Part shown: positions 35,857-47,727 of the stretch, in pieces
Layout of the letters: each line of letters begins with the position of its first letter
Numbering within the stretch: the first letter of the stretch is position 1
From: Selaginella moellendorffii
Lineage: Eukaryota; Plantae; Lycopodiophyta
Assembly: GCF_000143415.4 (NCBI RefSeq)
Contig: NW_003314278.1
Span: 2,376,408 to 2,440,407, forward strand
DNA: 64,000 bases
Direction of reading: 5' to 3'
The notes under the pieces: generated by a model
Seen by the model: only the letters and a program-made list of their open reading frames with translations
What the model was told of the DNA's origin: nothing
Database searches by the model: none
Position numbers and translations under genes: made by a program

Positions 35857-37452
35857 ATGAAGGCGTGCAATGGCGATGGCGATGAAGAGAAGCGATCGCG
35901 CGGCCCAGAGTTTGAGCCGGGGCCGATCCCTCCCTTGACGCCCGTGGACAAATACGGCTTCCTGAAGTCGGAGAGCGCCGCCGATGGATCCAACCCGGCG
36001 CGCGCAGCGGATCGCGACAGGTAGCGAGCCTCTGTTTGGAGTTTGTTTGATGGCATTGTCGTGTTCTTGATGGATTGGTTCTTACACGTTTTCTTCTTTT
36101 GTTTCTTCCTTGTAGAGAGGATCGAAGGCTCACAAAATGGAGAAAGATGATAGGCACAGGTGGTGCCGACTGGAGGCACTACGTAAGAAGGAAGCCCAAT
36201 GTGGTAAAGCGGCGCATCAGGAAAGGTATACCAGATCGGTTGCGAGGACTTGTCTGGCAGTTGATTTCCGGGAGCCGGGACTTGCTGCTCATGAACCAAG
36301 GTGTTTATGAGGTAGCTATGCTTTCGTTTTTTCCTTCGTTTTTCTTGAGTAGATTCCTCGTTCCTCGTTCTGTTCTTGTCTTTCCTGCTTGATGTTTAAG
36401 CTTTTCTTCTGGTGCACTGCGACTACTTTTTTTTTTTTCCACTCACGGGGATTCGTTTTTTACGCAGCAACTTGTTCTGTACGAGACTTCGTCCTCGGAG
36501 CTGGACATTATACGGGACATATCTCGTACTTTTCCGTCGCATGTTTTCTTCCAGCAGCGGCACGGGCCTGGCCAGCGCTCGCTGTACAATGTCTTGAAGG
36601 CTTACTCCGTTTACGACAGAGATGTTGGCTATGTCCAGGTAAGAGCGACACTTTCTCACGTTTGGAAACAATGTTGTTAAGCTCCTCGATCATCCATGAC
36701 CGCAGGGAATGGGTTTTTTAGCAGGCTTGCTGCTTTTGTACATGTGTGAGGAGGATGCGTTTTGGTTGCTTGTGGCGCTGTTGAAGGGCGCAGTTCATGC
36801 GCCAATGGAAGGCCTTTACTTGGTTTGTTTCATTGTTTGTTTGGACGTTCTACTGAGATCTAACTGCTTAACTCTAGGCTGGTTTGCCTTTGGTGCAACA
36901 GTATCTGTTTCAATTGGAACGGCTTGTCCGAGAGTATATCCCGAAACTTGGTGCTCATTTCGAAGAGGAAATGATAAACCCAAGCATGTACGCCAGCCAG
37001 TGGTTTATCACTGTTTTTTCTTATTCCTTTCCGTTCCCGCTAGCTCTTCGGATATGGGACGTTTTTCTGTACGAGGTTTGTATCTCTTTCTTGCTTATCT
37101 ATTTTTTTCTGAAGAGTTGCGAGGCTGCTATTATGTTGCAGGGAGTGAAGATTGTGTTTCGAGTAGGACTAGCGCTTCTGAAATACTGTCAAGATGATCT
37201 GGTCAAGCTTCCCTTCGAGAAGCTTGTCCATGCTCTCAGAAATTTCCCGGAGGATGTTCTCCAACCCAATCTTCTGCTACCGATGGCTTACTCGATCAAG
37301 GTACTCACAACAGCATTGCTCTCAACTTCTCACACGCCTTCGCATAACAGGTTTCGAAGAGGCTGGAGGAGCTAAGGCAGGAATACGAACGCATGACTAA
37401 TTTTTCTAAACCAGTGGAAGGCGCGATTGTCAAGAGAAGTTTCAGACGTTGA
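35857..37452 (+). CDS. TBC-domain Rab GTPase-activating protein (EVI5-like, multi-exon)
   Basis: RIRKGIPDRLRGLVW, IIRDISRTFP, VGYVQGMGF, YASQWFITVF. Confidence 0.93.
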
Positions 37453-37566
37453 GAGCTTGAAACAGTGGAAAGTTTCAAGCCCCACTTCCTTTTCTCTTGG
37501 CTTCCATCTCCGAGGTCTCTGGATTTTAGTGGTAGGATCCTCTCGCGGCATTGGTAGCAAACTATG

Positions 37567-39378
37567 TTACAGTCGACCGAGATTTCCAGTGTAAGTATCG
37601 GCAACCGAGACATAGGACGAACTATCATCTCTGTTAAGCTCCAGAAGCTTTCGTGCTATCTCTCCTCCAAACTCTACGTTCTCGAGAGTTTTACACGAGG
37701 CAAGCAGCGCTCCATAATCTGGAATTCGAGGAGTGTATGGCATCGTGCGGACGAGATTGGCCGCGCATTCCAAGTGTCCAGATCGGCCCAGAATGTCCAG
37801 CATGCCGCTGTAGTGCTCCCTCAGCGGTTGGATCCCATAGTCATTCTGGAACGAAATGACCACTTGCCGTGCGATCTCCACCATGCCTTGGTGCGTGCAC
37901 GCCGTGAGGACGCTCGAGATGGAAACCTCATCTGGGATTCCGGCGGCCACTTGCATCTCCCGGAAGAGCTCGATCGCTTCCCTGCCGTGCCCGGAATGCG
38001 CAGCTGCCGCGATCGCAGTGTTCCAAGATCCCAAATCGCGCTGCGGCATTCGATCGAAGATCGGGATCGCCAATTCTACGTCGCGAGTGAGCGAGGCGAG
38101 GAGGGTGTTCCAGGAATCGACATTGCGCTCCGGCATCTCGTGGAAGAGCGCCATCGCGCGGTGGGATTGCAGGTTTTGCGTGTAGGCCGCCAGCATCGCA
38201 TTCCAGGAGACGAGGCTGTGGCTGGGCATGGAATCAAACAGCGATTTGGCGTCGCCCAGGTAGCCGGATCGCGAGAATGCGACGAGCAGCGTCGTCCAGG
38301 AGACTGGATTCCTCTCCGGCATGCGATCAAACAGGAGCTTTGCTTGTTCCAGATGCCCGTTTTGGGCGTAGGCTTGCAGCATTCCCGTGGAGGAGACGAC
38401 GTTTTGCTCCGGCATCGCGGAGAAGACCTTGGCGGCCTCTTCCACTCGCCCGGCTCGAGAGAATCCCACCAGGAGCGTCGTCCACGACACAATGTCCCAC
38501 TCGCGCATCCTTTCGAAGAGATCGACTGCCCTGTTCATCGAATCCTTGAGAGTGTACGCTGCTAGCATCGTGTTGATGGAGACGAGGTTTCTCTCGGGCA
38601 TGGAAGCGAAGAGTTCTTCCGCAAGCTCGAGATTGTTCGTCCTAGCAGCGACGATCTCACCGATACCATCGTTGGATGTAGTAGCAAAAGCGTGAAGCAG
38701 GCCATTCCACACCACCAGCGACCATTCGGGCATCCGGTGGAGCAAAGTCACGGCCTCGACAAGATCCCCAGCCCGGGCATTTGCGATCACGATAGCGGTC
38801 CATGAGATTATGTTTCGCTCTGGCATCAAATCGAAGATCTTTCTCGCGCCATGAAGATATTCGTTTTCAAGAAACGATCCGAGAATCGAATTGTACGTGA
38901 CGGCATCCCACTCTGGCATTGAATCAAAGGTAAATTTTGCTTTATACAAATGCCCTTTTGCGTTATATGCGTCGATCATAGTTGTCCAGGAGACTATGTT
39001 TCTATACGGCATAGCGTCAAATATTTGTTTCACTGTTTCTACTTGACCATAGTCCTTGTACGCTGTCATTATAGTCGTCCAGGATATCACTGTTTTACTT
39101 GGCATAGCATTAAAGAAAGCACTTGCTTCGTCCAAATGCCCTTTTGTGGCATATGCCGAAAGCATGATATTCCAGGAGAAAGAATTGGGTGCGTGAATGG
39201 CATCGAAGACGCGACGAGCAGCCTCGACGCTGCCGCATCGCCCATACATTTGGACGATAAGATTGGAGATGTAAGCGTCTCGTTGGCAGTTAAATCTCCC
39301 CGACGCTTCGGTGTGGAGAATTTCGGCCTCGTCGGGAGAAACGCAAGCTCGAAGGCGCTGAGCGAAGGCCTCAACCAT
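37567..39378 (-). CDS. PLS-class PPR protein with an E-type C-terminus, no DYW domain
   Basis: 31-aa repeats FDxMPERNxxSW; C-terminal HYSGMLDILGRSG..MPYTP..SSYV. Confidence 0.93.
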   Translation of the reverse strand: MVEAFAQRLRACVSPDEAEILHTEASGRFNCQRDAYISNLIVQMYGRCGSVEAARRVFDAIHAPNSFSWNIMLSAYATKGHLDEASAFFNAMPSKTVISWTTIMTAYKDYGQVETVKQIFDAMPYRNIVSWTTMIDAYNAKGHLYKAKFTFDSMPEWDAVTYNSILGSFLENEYLHGARKIFDLMPERNIISWTAIVIANARAGDLVEAVTLLHRMPEWSLVVWNGLLHAFATTSNDGIGEIVAARTNNLELAEELFASMPERNLVSINTMLAAYTLKDSMNRAVDLFERMREWDIVSWTTLLVGFSRAGRVEEAAKVFSAMPEQNVVSSTGMLQAYAQNGHLEQAKLLFDRMPERNPVSWTTLLVAFSRSGYLGDAKSLFDSMPSHSLVSWNAMLAAYTQNLQSHRAMALFHEMPERNVDSWNTLLASLTRDVELAIPIFDRMPQRDLGSWNTAIAAAAHSGHGREAIELFREMQVAAGIPDEVSISSVLTACTHQGMVEIARQVVISFQNDYGIQPLREHYSGMLDILGRSGHLECAANLVRTMPYTPRIPDYGALLASCKTLENVEFGGEIARKLLELNRDDSSSYVSVADTYTGNLGRL

Positions 39379-39452
39379 GAAATTGGGATCTCACATTGCC
39401 TACATTTGCCGCTAGAACCATTAGAGACGAGGTTTTAGGGTTTTTTGTAGCA

Positions 39453-42400
39453 ATGAAGGAGATAGGCGCCATGAAGGCGCTGGCGTGGTACCGGGAGCTC
39501 GACATGGATTATCGATCCTTGAAAACAGGTCTGATCGATTTCTTTCTCTTCCCACCGCAGCATTCGACTCCTTCGATCTCTCTCTCAGGTGGACAATGCG
39601 AGGCGATCATGAATCTAGCCCCGCGGCTGCTGCAGTGGAGCCTGGAGCCCCCGGCTAACCAGGCCGCCGCCGATCACTTTGGGCTGGATCCCGGCCAGGA
39701 CCTAGCGTCCGCCAACGCGATCTTCTCGCGGCTCGCGGACTCTTTCAAGAATGGCAGCAATGTCATCCGGCTGTGCATTCTCAAGGTACTTCTCTATGTG
39801 TACAGAGGCCACAGGAAGGCCAGGACGTCGACTAAGTCCTTGCTTAGCGGTGAAAGGATCTCCGACTACGTCGAGGTGTTGAAGAAGGTGAAGACCGTTG
39901 CTAGGAGCACCGATCTCACAGCTCGGTGTCTCGCCATCCGGGCTCTTGGATGCTTGGCTCAGCTCGACTGTGATAGCAGTGACTTGCATCGGCTTGTTCT
40001 ACTGTCGATGGACTCCACTCACGAGCAGGAGGTAGTACGTTTGATTTGATCCTGCTGCTGTGAAAACTTGGTTCCTTGGTTTTTTAATTTGTAGGTGGAG
40101 GCTGCATTCTTTGCCGCGGGGTGTTTCTCCGAGAACTCGCCATCTTTTGCTGCTATGTGCTCCAGAAAGCTGAAGGATGTATTGGAAACATCAACTAGCC
40201 TCGACTTTGCGGCAATTCGTGTTTTGTCCAAAATGTGGATATCATCTGCAGTGGCGGCTGACGTTCACAAGGCAAGAGTTTGTTTGTTCTGTTTTTTCTT
40301 GTGGAATTGCTAATTTTTTTGTGTGCTTGTTTAAACTAGTTTGGAGAAGAGATGCTGCTTAAGCATCCCAACGACGAGGTTGCAAAGGTGACGCTAGCTG
40401 CTCTGAGCAACCTCGCCGGGAAGGCGAAATTATTACTTCCATCTCACGTTCGTCTGCTACTGGAGTATGCCAATTCGGATCGTGGAGCGTCTGTCCAGAT
40501 GCTTTCGCTGGTTTATCTGACCAAGTTATTACCTCAATCGATATATTACTTGGAATCTGTGGAGCAGGAGCTTGTGCCGCTCTTTACAGTGGTCAAAGAT
40601 ACGAACAAGCCTTCCGTGATACGCTGCCAAGCTTTGCGTCTTCTTCAAAAGGTAACCAGCCTCTCGGCCTTCCTCCTGGTCTTTCTGTTATTGAATTTCT
40701 CCTGTGTGCAAGGTGGCAACGAATTATCCTATAGAATGTTTGAGCCAATTCATTTCTCTCGGGGAAGTGAATTCTCAAGACGGACAGTGGTCTGTCAGTT
40801 TTCAAGCGCTCCGCCTGCTCGTAGAGCTTGTTTGCAAGCTTGAGCGCTCCAGACAACCATCGGACTCGGAAGTTACTGAACTCTTGAAGAAGATATCTTC
40901 GCTACTTTGCCATCGTCTTATCACGTCTCCTGATGGTGCTGCCGTTCATTGCTACCGTTTGACTCTGAGACTGGTCGTAAACTCTACGAAAGCCTGCTAT
41001 ATTCTTGTGGAATCTCTTGCTCAGAAGCTTCAGTCCACTATCACGAAGGACGAAGAACAAAACGACGTCTCCGGCGATACTGTCATGCGTGACGCGACCG
41101 ACGATTCATCAAATATAACTCTACTGGAGCCTACTTGTCGCTGCTTACTTATCTGTGCGACAAACCTGGATTTGAACGACTCGAAGATGACCACCATTTG
41201 CGAGCGGGTCACACGGGTTTCTCAGCTCCTGAGCTCTTCCGGTGCTTACGATAAAGCCTACATGGGCCTACTTCCAGCGGTTTTCAAAGTATCTCTGCTT
41301 GAAGGTTTAGATACTCCAGAGTACGCGCAACAAGCTGCCGAGGCATTGGTGCAGTCATCGAAGTTCTGGCCTGCATATAAACTTGCAAAGACCGCCTGCA
41401 TCTTTGGACAGTGGGACATCGCCGAAGGCATTTACCGAGTTATCTGCGATGTAGTCACGTCCGAGGCGTGCTATTTCTGGCTCAAGGCTCTTTTACAGCT
41501 ATGCTCCGCTGAAAAGCTCTGGTCTAAAACAGCAGGAGACGCAGGAAACGCGACATTTGTGGAAACAGGTTGTCAATCTCTACAGATGCTAAAATCATCG
41601 GTAAAATCATTGGAAGCCGGAGTTCAGCTGGACAGGTCTATAGAGTTTGAGTTTCAACGTCGGTTTGTGAGGCTTCGAATCCGACTATTGCAAATCATGA
41701 TGGAAGCTGTCGCGCTTTGCAACTCGGTTCTTCAACATCAGCGTGTACATGGCGGGGATCTTACTGCCAAGGGACTTCTTTTGACCTGTTACGGAAAGGC
41801 GCAGCTGATTGCGTCAGACTTTCAGGCTCTCGCTGGGGATTTCTACATCTTAAGTATTTCCTTCATCGGCATTGACAACGGCAGCCTGGAACTTTTATAC
41901 GCCAGGATGTTTGAATCCTCTCTCCTGGCGTTTTGTACAGCTTTTGCGTTTCTACCATGGCCCAGAGACACTTGCAACGGTTTGAAACGCTCGAGGACGA
42001 CGGCTTTCAGTTTCACTTACAAGGCGGACGTGTTTGAAGAAGTTGCCCACTTTATCCAGGGACGTACTATGCTGCAGCAGTTCTACGACGTGCTGGGACG
42101 CATCGCTGTTGGAGATTTACGCTACAGACGCAACGTTCCTTGGTTTAAAACACAACCAGCTACGCAGGTTGTAAAGAGTGTGTGGAAGCAGGCCTTGCAT
42201 CTGAAGTTCTCCGAGTCGAACGGGGCTACGTGGACTCAGGAGAAAGGGATTCCATTCTTAAACGAAGCTATGCGTCAGCTGTTCCGTGAGGAATATGTGC
42301 TGCCTAGATACTTCTTCAACTCGAGGTAAGCAGATATTCTACAATACTTTCTTATTAACTGAATGTTCCTCTGCTTCCAGGCCTCGAACGCAGCTGCGGT

Positions 42401-42825
42401 TGCATGCCCATACAAAAGAGCGTTATTTTAGTGTTCCCAGGGGCTCGCCTCTCTCTTTAAGTCTCGGCCTGGAGGTAATTAATCTACCAGCAGGTTTTGC
42501 GCTGAAGAGGTTGTCTTGCATCCTCGCGCTTTCCGGTTCTACGCAGCATGTCTCGAATTTTACTCGTGACACCAAAGACCATGTCCTTCTGAAATGGCTG
42601 GCTGGTCGAGACAACGTGTCAGAGTCAGAGAATACTTTAGCGTTCATTTCTTCGTCTCTGGAAGGCGAGCAGACCCAGGGGTTGTGTTCGTGTACTATAG
42701 ATGTCTCGAATCTTTCGCCAGGAGTTTACCAAGTATCATCACGCTTATGCGTCTGCACAGACAAAAGAGGTGTACAGTGGATGCTGAAGGGACCGCGCTT
42801 CGATCAAAAGTTAAAAGTTGTATAG
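39453..42825 (+). CDS. INTS7: Integrator complex subunit 7 homolog (multi-exon)
   Basis: N-terminus LDMDYRSLKTGGQCEAI..ANAIFSRLADSFKNGSNVIRLCILKV; ARM-like body; PRYFF motif before the C-terminal domain. Confidence 0.82.
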
Positions 42826-42971
42826 CTACAAGGTACTTCTTATGAATTATAATAACTCGTCTCATTGTTCTTGTTCGATTTTCAGCGCCAACGTTTTGCA
42901 GTCGAAAGCAAAAATACGAGTTTTCACTGAAGAGAGCTGATTGTTCTCATTTTCAAATGACGCGCTTCCAG

Positions 42972-44207
42972 CTATTTTGATTCTTCAGGTAAATTTTCCT
43001 GGCTCATCGTCATCTCTGGGATCTCACTGGCTAGTCCCCAGAGGTAGGCCACTGATCCAACGTATGGAACATAGCTTAGCAGACTCACCATCTTTCGCAT
43101 TCGCAGGCCTTCAACCTTCTTCAAGTTGCTCTGAACGAGCCAGACTTGGAATATCGAATAAAGGAAGACGTCCCACAGAAAAGCATATGCAACACGGTCT
43201 GTTCCTATATAATGGAGAAAATAGTTCCAGCGATCAACGATGTTCCCAAATCCTGCGTCAGGTCTGCCTCCCAAGCCCCAAGCTATCGATAGTGCACCAA
43301 CTATTCCACCGACTAAAGCGATTGGTTTTGCAGCAGAGAGTGCTGCTTGGCAAAACTTGCTTGGTGATTGGGACTTCGTAGGAACCTGTTCGTTCAACCG
43401 AATAGCCATGTAAGGTATGAGAAAGGCTGCAGTCATGTCTTTCATAGTTAGTGCTTTTGTCACGCGAAGCTCGTTTTTACCGTTCGTCAGAAACCACTGT
43501 CCCGCCCAGAGTGCTTCCAAGGACCCTTTGAACCGGTTGTTTCGAGCGTCAGAAAAGATAATGGGTCCGAAGAGCAGAGTCCATCCCATAACGATGTTGA
43601 AGAGCGCCTCGGCAGCCTATGGTTCCAAAATGTATGGTGGTGAGTAAATGTATGGTGGCTTTGTGAGGATGTACTCACCGGGTGAACCACAGGAGCGGTT
43701 ACTACGTGAAATCCAGCTGAAGAAGAGAACTGAACGTCAGAGATAAAATTGTGCCACACACACCAGCATTGGCGATAGGTAGTACAAAGAAGAAGTTTAG
43801 TGATAGTTGGAAAAGCATTGACAACGTTTCTTGGTCAATTGCCCATGCAGGATCTCCCTGGCAGCAAGAAGCTCAAAAAATCAAAGAAGAAGGCAAAAGA
43901 GCCGAGCTCTCACTGGTGCATATGGGAGAATGAACAGCCAGACAGCGTAGAAGCCAGTCATACTCCATAAAACGAGCCGGAGCGCGGCATTGCTGACGAA
44001 TCCTTCGTCCGGCGCTCGCCTAGCTTTGCAGACTACATTTCTTTCGACTGGACCGTCTCGACGGTAGGCTTTCGCAATTCTGCAGCTTACTAACCTGTGA
44101 TCTCTTGTGTGAAGCCACAGAAGTGCTTGGTGTCGTGGAATAACGCACTGCTTGTAACGTAAGCCCGAGCTCGGAGCTGCGGAAAGTATGACGCTCGCCA
44201 TAACCAT
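42972..44207 (-). CDS. Multi-pass membrane protein with a plastid transit-peptide-like N-terminus (multi-exon)
   Basis: WLFILPYAPGDP.., NFFFVLP, AFLIPYMAIRL, DRVAYAFLWD; Ser/Arg-rich N-terminus. Confidence 0.75.
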
Positions 44208-44264
44208 TTATAAAATGCTTTGTGTAGGGTTCCTTTGCCGCAGGGGGAGAGCTTTCATCAAGCG

Positions 44265-45081
44265 ATGAAACCACCACGAGCAATCTTGCTCGTGGCTGTG
44301 CTGGGCGCCATAGCTCATCTCATTAGAGGTACTCTTTCTTTTGCGCCATTTTAGTTGACTCTAGCGCTTGTGTGGCCACCAGGAAACGAAGTTGTGAAGT
44401 TTGCTAGAACGCTTGAGGGGAGTGGGTCGCACCGGGAGCTCAAAACCGATATCAGCCTGCAACTGGATAACAAGTTCCAGGGAGACTCGTGCAGGCTCTC
44501 CTTGGTAGAAAATCTCCCAAGCTCCGTTTTTGCCGATACGTTCCAACTCCAGCGCTTAACTCGGATGGGAAGTAAGTAACTCGTGTATGAAATCCTCCCC
44601 GAAGTGATGCAAAAGATGTGTTTTTGCAGGATATGAAGCAGCCCATGTATCCGGTGATCTCGATCTGGAGAGGCCAGCGTTTTTCTCTGGACCAGTCACC
44701 GTGAGAATACAAGTCTCGCTGGATCAAAACGCGAACGTCTTCCATGCCGAGACTTCACTCCCTTTACACGCTCGTTATGCGGTACAGTTACATCTTTAAT
44801 GTGCTACTAACCGAGTGTTTGTTCGTTCCTGGCAGCCGCTAGGCATTGACAGCTACCACCTCGTAAACTTGAGCTCTCCATCCGTGGCCGTGAGCTGCAA
44901 GAAGAATGCGGAAGAACTCCAACTCGAGCTCGCTGCAAGCGAAGAAGTCCAATGGCCAATTCCAGCAGGGAACCCCAACGACGCCAGCACTGTGAATCGA
45001 TTCACGGCGCTGGCCGCCGCTGCAGGGACGCTGGTCCTTTGCAGCATCTCAGTCATGAAGAAGAGGTGTCCTTGGTGTTGA
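44265..45081 (+). CDS. PIGX: PIG-X/PBN1-family GPI-mannosyltransferase I subunit (4 exons)
   Basis: Signal peptide; GSGSHREL, ENLPSSVFADTFQL, DLERPA, PLHARY, WPIPAG; C-terminal TM segment. Confidence 0.82.
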
Positions 45082-45175
45082 TTTCTCCTCTCTCTCTCTC
45101 GCTCGCGCGGAAAGTAAATGTTATCTTTTTTGGCACACACCTCACCACCTCGAAAGTAGGGTAGTAATTCTAGAA

Positions 45176-46256
45176 ATGGCTGACGAGAGGGAGAAGGTGT
45201 GGTTCGTCCGCGTCATACACAAGCCCGTCCGCTTCTCACACCTGGTATGTTCTAGCTTCCGCATGAATCATAGCGAAAACTCCAAACTTTTCTTGATTCT
45301 CTAGTCGGTTCCAAGGCGGCTCGCGAAGGATCAGCTCAAGAAGTTGTGCAACACCACCGTGTTCCTCCAGGACGAGCGCGGCCAGGAGTGGCCAATCGCC
45401 ACCAACGAGCACGCCTACTTCTGCTCGGGCTGGAACCGCCTCGCACGCGACAAGAGCCTCAAGGGAGGCGAGGTCATCCTCTTCATGCACGAAGGCCGCG
45501 GCCGCCTCCGCTTCAAGATCTTCGCCGCCGATGGAGCGGACCGCCAGGACTTCGGGACCGAGAGGTTCTGCGGGAGGCCACCCCGGATTGGAGGCCGAAA
45601 GATCGTCCGGAAGCCCAGGATCGTCAAGAAACCAGCGCCGAAGCTGGCGGTGCCGGTTTGCGTCCAGGCGGTGGTGAAAGAAGAAGTAGAGGAGAGTGGA
45701 ATGCTCGGTGATGCAGAGGCAGCAGTAGTAGCTATGGCGGAAGAACAATCTCCAGACGATCACGAGCCGGCAGTAGCTATGGCTGTAGAACCATCTCCAG
45801 AGCTCCCCCATCAGCGTGAAAGCTCCCCTCCTTTTCTCGAGCGGAACTTGAGGAGCCGGCCGCCGCTGGTGAGATCGAAGCTCCACCTCCACCGCCTCGC
45901 CATGGACGCGGCGCTGGCGTACAAATCTGACAAGCCAACGTTTATAGTCAAGATACAAGGCGACGAGACGGTTCTGGTAAGAGACAACGTTTACCTCGCA
46001 AGATGACTGGATGACTTTTTTTTTCCAGAGTGTGAGGAGGGAGTTTGCCGAAAGATATCTTCCTCGCAAGCCCGCCACGACCAGCGTGGTGGACGGGGAA
46101 TCGACGCTGTGGACGGTCAAGTGGCTGGGAATTCGAGCGTGCGTCCTGGGTGCCGGGTGGCCAGAGTTTGCGAAGCATCACGTCCTGAAGAAGCTGGACA
46201 TATGTCTGTTCGAACTCATCACCCAGAGAGCCTTCCAAGTTCGGATCTACAGGTAG
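45176..46256 (+). CDS. REM-type protein with two B3 domains
   Basis: GWNRLARDKSLKGGEVILF and GWPEFAKHHVLKKLDICLFEL..FQVRIYR. Confidence 0.85.
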
Positions 46257-46432
46257 AAAAACCAAAGCGACAAGCATCAAAATGCCACTGGCTTTAGGAA
46301 TGCCAGGCTTTATAGATATGGTTTCTCTTGCATCACAATCACAGTACCTGTATCTCACAAAACCGAAACTTTGCGTTTCTTCTGCCTCAGTCCGAGGACC
46401 GTGCACACGCGAGAATTGTTGCTGGCATGGCG

Positions 46433-47648
46433 TCAAACCTTTTGCTTCTTGACCTGGAACAAAAGCTTAGACACAATGCCAAGGCTTCATGTTTTTCTAG
46501 ACATACCTTTCGTTGTTTCTTCCGATCGGTCTCTTTGATTTCATCCGTCTCGACGACTTCCTCTTCCTCATCGCGTGTCAATGCGCCTGAAAAGTGCACA
46601 CCACCCATGAGATTCATCACAAGAAAACCAACGAAGAGCTCGCTTACCAACACCAGCACTGAAGCCGACAACGCAGGTGAGACGAGCTCGTGTATCGGCT
46701 TGCATTAGCGGCACTGGCTTCCCATCATCTTCTGCCTGTGACACCACTCGCAAATCCCACACCTTCACGGTCCCGTCCGACGAGGCCGAAACCAAAAGCT
46801 GGGAATCGCTCAGCCTGTCCACTCCCTTGACACGGCTCGCGTGAGCAGCGGCGATTCTATGCGCGGTTTTCCCAGACCGAAAGTCCCACACACTCACGCT
46901 GCAGTCTTCTCCTCCTGTGCACAAAAGCTCATCCTGATCAAAAGTCCCAGTCACTAGTTGCTAAAGAGAAAAAAGAAGAACAAAGAGTTCTATCAAGACT
47001 TACGTGAAATGGAGCCATGCACAGCACAGGTTTGTCATGATCCAGGGTCTGGAAAACCTTCCCATCCTCGGCATTGTGAATCTCCACAGCACTGCCGCAC
47101 GCCATCGCGTAGCTATGCTCCTTCTCGGGCAAGAAACTCACGAGCGAAGCCTCCCTCGCGACCTTAGTCTTGAAGCTACACCTCCCCCTGAGCAAGTTCC
47201 ACATTCGAAAGCCACCGTGTCGCTCCACCGAGATCGCCAGCTTCCCGGAGGAATGAATTGAGAGATCCAGAATCCCCGCATTGCCCCCTTTCATCGTCTT
47301 GAAGTGGATCCAGCTGCCGGCATCCCACACGCAAATGGTCCCATCCTCGGATGCGCTAAACAAGTGCGATGCCTTCCCGGTGGCGTCGGTGCCGAAGAAC
47401 TCGAGCGCCGTCACAGACGCCCTGTGCCCCTCCGCCACGCCCACGTCGCGATTGGCGGCGACGTCGAAGATGTGGATCGTGTCATCCGAGCCGCCAGTGA
47501 CGAGATCGCCGCCCCATCCCGCGGCGCATTTGATCGGCCCTAGATGCGATGGCCGCGAGAAGGATTGAGAGAGCTCGCCGGTGGCAAGGTCCGCGTCCCA
47601 TGCCCAGACGAAGCGCTCGTACGAGCCCGCTACGATCTTCTTCTTCAT
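46433..47648 (-). CDS. PAK1IP1/Mak11-like WD40 protein (spliced)
   Basis: IVAGSYER, SHLGPIK, TGGSDDTIHIFD, LSIHSSGKLAISV, MWNLLRGR, ARLTC. Confidence 0.85.
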
Positions 47649-47727
47649 TCTCTAAACCCTACTAAAACCCTAAACGCATCTCGTCGCATATTCTACTATT
47701 CAAACGAAAATGTTCAGTCGATTCTAA

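Noticed and set aside
37564-38565. 333-aa antisense ORF, and similar overlapping ORFs at DUF789, GRX, B3, GRAS and the gag-like gene
   Set aside because: Shadow frames of GC-rich coding sequence with no recognisable motifs
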